A stretch of 64,000 nucleotides of DNA, taken from positions 2,294,001-2,358,000 of the forward strand of contig OZ374564.1 in the NCBI GenBank assembly GCA_977862235.1, in the 5' to 3' direction. This document shows positions 60,432-64,000 of the stretch, one piece after another. Below the pieces are notes generated by a model that saw nothing but the letters and a program-made list of their open reading frames with translations, was not told where the DNA came from and did not search any database. This DNA is from Dudresnaya verticillata. Its lineage: Eukaryota. A program made the position numbers and the translations under genes. The stretch's first letter is position 1, and each line of letters begins with the position of its first letter.

Positions 60432-63400
60432 ATGGGCCCAGGCTCATCATCGGCGTATCTGCCGACTCGCCCAAGGTTTTCTTGGGATATCAAAAATGTT
60501 CCTTGGACAGATGGCAAAGGCAACCAAGAAGAGTACTCACTATCTGTTTCTTTATGGAATGCTTTCCATAACAGGCTCCCAGACTCTAACTCAAACAAGA
60601 TACCCACGGAACTTCGTGGTATAATGCTTCAGTCCCAGCTTTATGGAAGAGCAAAAGATCTATGAAAATCCATTCCCGATACTGAGATCCAATCTGCTAC
60701 TGGCTCAGAAGCTGTGGTGAATGCTGTATACAAACGAGATGCACTCTCGGTTGTCAGTGAAGTTTACCAAAACTTTATTGCCCTATTGAGTACCAAGCGC
60801 GGAACCACGGAGACATACAAAAACTTCGAATCAAGATTCGACGCTCAAGTTTCCAGATTCAATGCTGGCTCCAGTACAACAAAGCTCCCAGAAGCCCTTA
60901 CTGCTTTTATGCTACTTGCAAATTCTGCCGTGGATAACGCTCAAAGAGTTTCTGTTCTTGCAGCAGCTTCGAACAACACAAATATAGCTCCTACAGCTAC
61001 AACTGATGATTTTCTCGATTCAGTTTCATACGAGAAAGTAGCTTCTGTTCTAAGGCAGTGTGACCAAGTCATGACTGAGAATATTCGTCCCCTGTCTGCA
61101 AATGCTGTGAACACTCAGTTCAAAAGACCGAACTTCCCAAGGAATCGCAGAAGGCTTACACCTGATCAGCTTGCAGATCTTAAAAGCCGCAGCAAATGTC
61201 GTAAGTGTCACAAATTCGGACACTGGCACTCTGATCACACAGATGACGGTAAACTCAAGCCTGGAGTCAAGTCTACTGATAATCCTGCTCCTTCTGATGC
61301 AAAACCGAACACACAACCACCGAAGAAAACCATGACCTTCAACATGGGTCATGTACTCGATTCCCACAATGAGATAAGCGAAGACTTTACAGGCCCCTTA
61401 CTTGATGACGGTGGTCCGTACAGTGGTCTAGGGATGTCCGAGTTTATGATACTGCAGCCCATTATCCTACCGGACTGGGAAGGCAATCTGGACCCTATAC
61501 CCCAACAGCTTCAGTCTTGTGCCTTTTGGCAATACGGTGCAGGGCAACACTCCAGTGAGGCAAGGAGAATTCTCGGATCGGTCACTTTAATGGCTCGCAC
61601 TGATAAGAACAACCTGGTGTCTATCCGACACCTAATCATTGAAGGCTCCTCGCAATGGATTATCGGCCGTAATGTCACGAAGCATTGTGACATTGTTCAT
61701 GTTGGCGATAACAGGCTCGTTATGCCAACATCTGAAGATTCAATCGGTCTCCAAGACAATGGATTCCACAGTTACATACCCTATAACGTATTTCTAGCGA
61801 ACAGTTCCAACCTGTCATCCCGTGTCACGAACAAGTTCTATTGTGCCACTGCTCAGATCAACCAAAACCATGACACTCGTCCCTTTGGAGACATCAAGAA
61901 GATTGTTGATAAGGTCCATCAACACGTCTGTGGACACTCTTCTTATTCTGATATCAAGATATTGCTCCAGCGAAACAAAATTTGGAATGCTGAAGTACAG
62001 AAATATTTGTCCCGTGTCCTGGATAGATGCTCAAGTTGTTTAACTACTTCTCAACCGAAAGACACCCGGAAGGTCTCACTAAGCTCCATGAGCAGGAACT
62101 TTAACGACGTTGTATGCATTGATCATTTCCACCTTGATATGAACCGTGTGTTTCATCTCATGGACTCTGCTTCAAGATATTCGACCGGCGATGTTGTAAG
62201 CACTATGACTATGACGGAAGCTATTAATTGTTTTGAATCTCTATGGATAACACCATTCTGGACCCCCAAATGTGTTCTATTTGACCAAGCGTTCAACAAC
62301 ACCGAGTTCATACATTATCTGAAAAGTCAAGACATTGAAACTCGCCCTATACCTCCGCGTCGCCACAACAAAAATGTCATTGAATCTAAGCACAAAGTTA
62401 TTCGAGATGTCTACCTACGCCTGAAAGAAGGATGTACAAATGACTCTGCTGAGCACCAAAGACTCCTAGTGCAGCAGGCACTACGAATATCAAATGATCT
62501 GTACGGAAATGACGTATGTTCTGCTCATGAGTTGGCGAAAGGCTATACGAGACCTATAACATCCGGAGAATTTCCTGCACAAGTTCCTGAAGAAATTTCC
62601 AAGGCCCACGATGACCTCATGGCTAAGCGAAAATTAACCCGCATCCTTCACTCCAAGTCAACTGCTGATATACCATTCAATGTTGGAGATACCGTACAAG
62701 TTTATATCAAAGAACAAAATGCCAAGCGCGGCAAGTGGTCATCTCCGAAGGTGATTTTATCGTTCGATAAAACGTCTGGAACCATTTCAGTTCCTGGAAA
62801 ATGTGGACGCCAAGTCCAAGCAGCTGTTGAAGATGTCCGTCCTGCCCTACCTGTGGATACACTAGGCAGTTCCATCCAAGAAGCAATTGATGCTCTCTCC
62901 AAAAGTCTGGATGACAGCATTGATGAGCTCTGTTCTAAAGAAGATGTGGCATCAAATGAAGAGCTTGAGACTACCACTATAGAGGAGGTTGGATACGAAA
63001 ACGATGACGGAGATATTCTCAGCTCACACCCCGACGTTGGTGACGTCATTGATGTATATTGGCCCCTCGACGATATGTTCTACACTGGAAAAGTGGCATC
63101 AATTAACGAAGATGACAACCAGTACAACATTGATTACAATGATGGTGACAAAGAATGTCTCAAGTTATCGGATGAGACCTGGCGCTATAGCTCGGATGAA
63201 GCAATAGCAACCCACAACGTACAAATATCAGATCAAACGCTCACAAGTTCTCTGCAAGAGGTTCTTGGGTCGTATACTCTTGCCTTCGGTCACAAAGATT
63301 TTATGCGCTACCAGGCTCAAGGGCTACCAACGTTTCCATTGCTAAATGCTTACAAAAAGGAAGAAGAGGCCTTTAAGAAAACAGTCAAGATGGTCCATGC

Positions 63401-64000
63401 TTCTGATATCCCAAAGCATGCAAATGTCATCACAAGCCATGTGATATACAAAGTTAAGAATAATGATGATGGCTCGATGAAAATGAAAGCACGCATAGCG
63501 CCACATGGTAACAAGGACAAAGAACGCTTTCAGTTGAAAACAGACTCTTCAACCTGTCCGCCCACTGGTATTCGCATTTTGCTGTCCCTCGCTGCTCAGT
63601 TCAAGTGGTTCTTGGCCAAGATCGATTTTAAGAGCGCGTTTCTACAAACAGGAGAAGCAAAGCGAGACGTCTATGTCGTTCCGCCACGAGAAAGCGACGA
63701 CAAGCAGCACTATTGGTTGTTGCTGACTGCAGCATATGGTCTTGTGAACGCCAATGCTAAGTGGCAGGAACAAAGTGACAATTTCTTAACATCGATCGGT
63801 CTCCGCCAACTCGTTTATGTTCCACAGTTGTTTTACAAGAAGGACGCAATTGGTTCATTGCAACTCGTTGCTGTCAAAATTGTGGACGATGTACTCTTTG
63901 CTGGTGACCAGTCAACTGTTCGGTCAACTATTGGAAAGATACAGGAGCGCTATGAGCTCGGGACAATTTTTTACGGTCCGGGCTCGTTCCTTTTCTTTGG
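60432..64000 (+). pseudogene. Copia gag-pol polyprotein, apparently one frame with a single premature TGA (60663-60665)
   Basis: Knuckle CRKCHKFGHWHSDH; protease LLDDGGPYSG; integrase HQHVCGH..CSSC, CIDH, FDQAF, IESKH; Tudor-like segment; RT KARIAPHG, KIDFKSAFLQ, AYGL, IVDDVL. Confidence 0.9.

Larger units (their letters stand above)
60042..64000 (+). mobile_element. Ty1/Copia LTR retrotransposon (GalEa-like), 5' part; continues beyond window
   Basis: LTR 60042-60317 and a polyprotein in Copia order gag-PR-INT-RT. Confidence 0.92.

Overview
Eukaryotic, transposon-dominated DNA. The element families and intron-poor host genes suggest a red alga, but this is inference. Bases 1-38300 are a nest of LTR retrotransposons. 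It holds a decayed chromodomain Ty3/Gypsy element (pol plus 3' LTR) inserted into a deleted GalEa-like Copia remnant, next to a spliced double-C2H2 zinc-finger gene. That block is tandemly duplicated as an apparently identical 8223-bp unit. Next is a full-length minus-strand Gypsy element (18694-31921, CGCAT TSD) with a large antisense extra ORF, nested in the 5' LTR of a third Gypsy, followed by solo LTRs and other remnants. Bases 38400-56400 hold a 2.3-kb inverted duplication carrying a DM9-repeat gene plus a LINE 3' end, DIRS-like remnants with a perfect 214-bp inverted repeat, CRE-like and other LINE 3' fragments, a TIR MITE and a secreted highly cationic protein gene. Bases 56484-60041 are a pseudogenised sulfotransferase-like/double glycosyltransferase fusion. 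Three copies of a 174-bp TGTAG...CTACA element with a tRNA-like core lie at 45435, 55346 and 58740. From 60042 to the end is a nearly intact Copia element whose polyprotein has a Tudor-like domain between integrase and RT. All domain calls come from motif recognition by eye; no searches were run.
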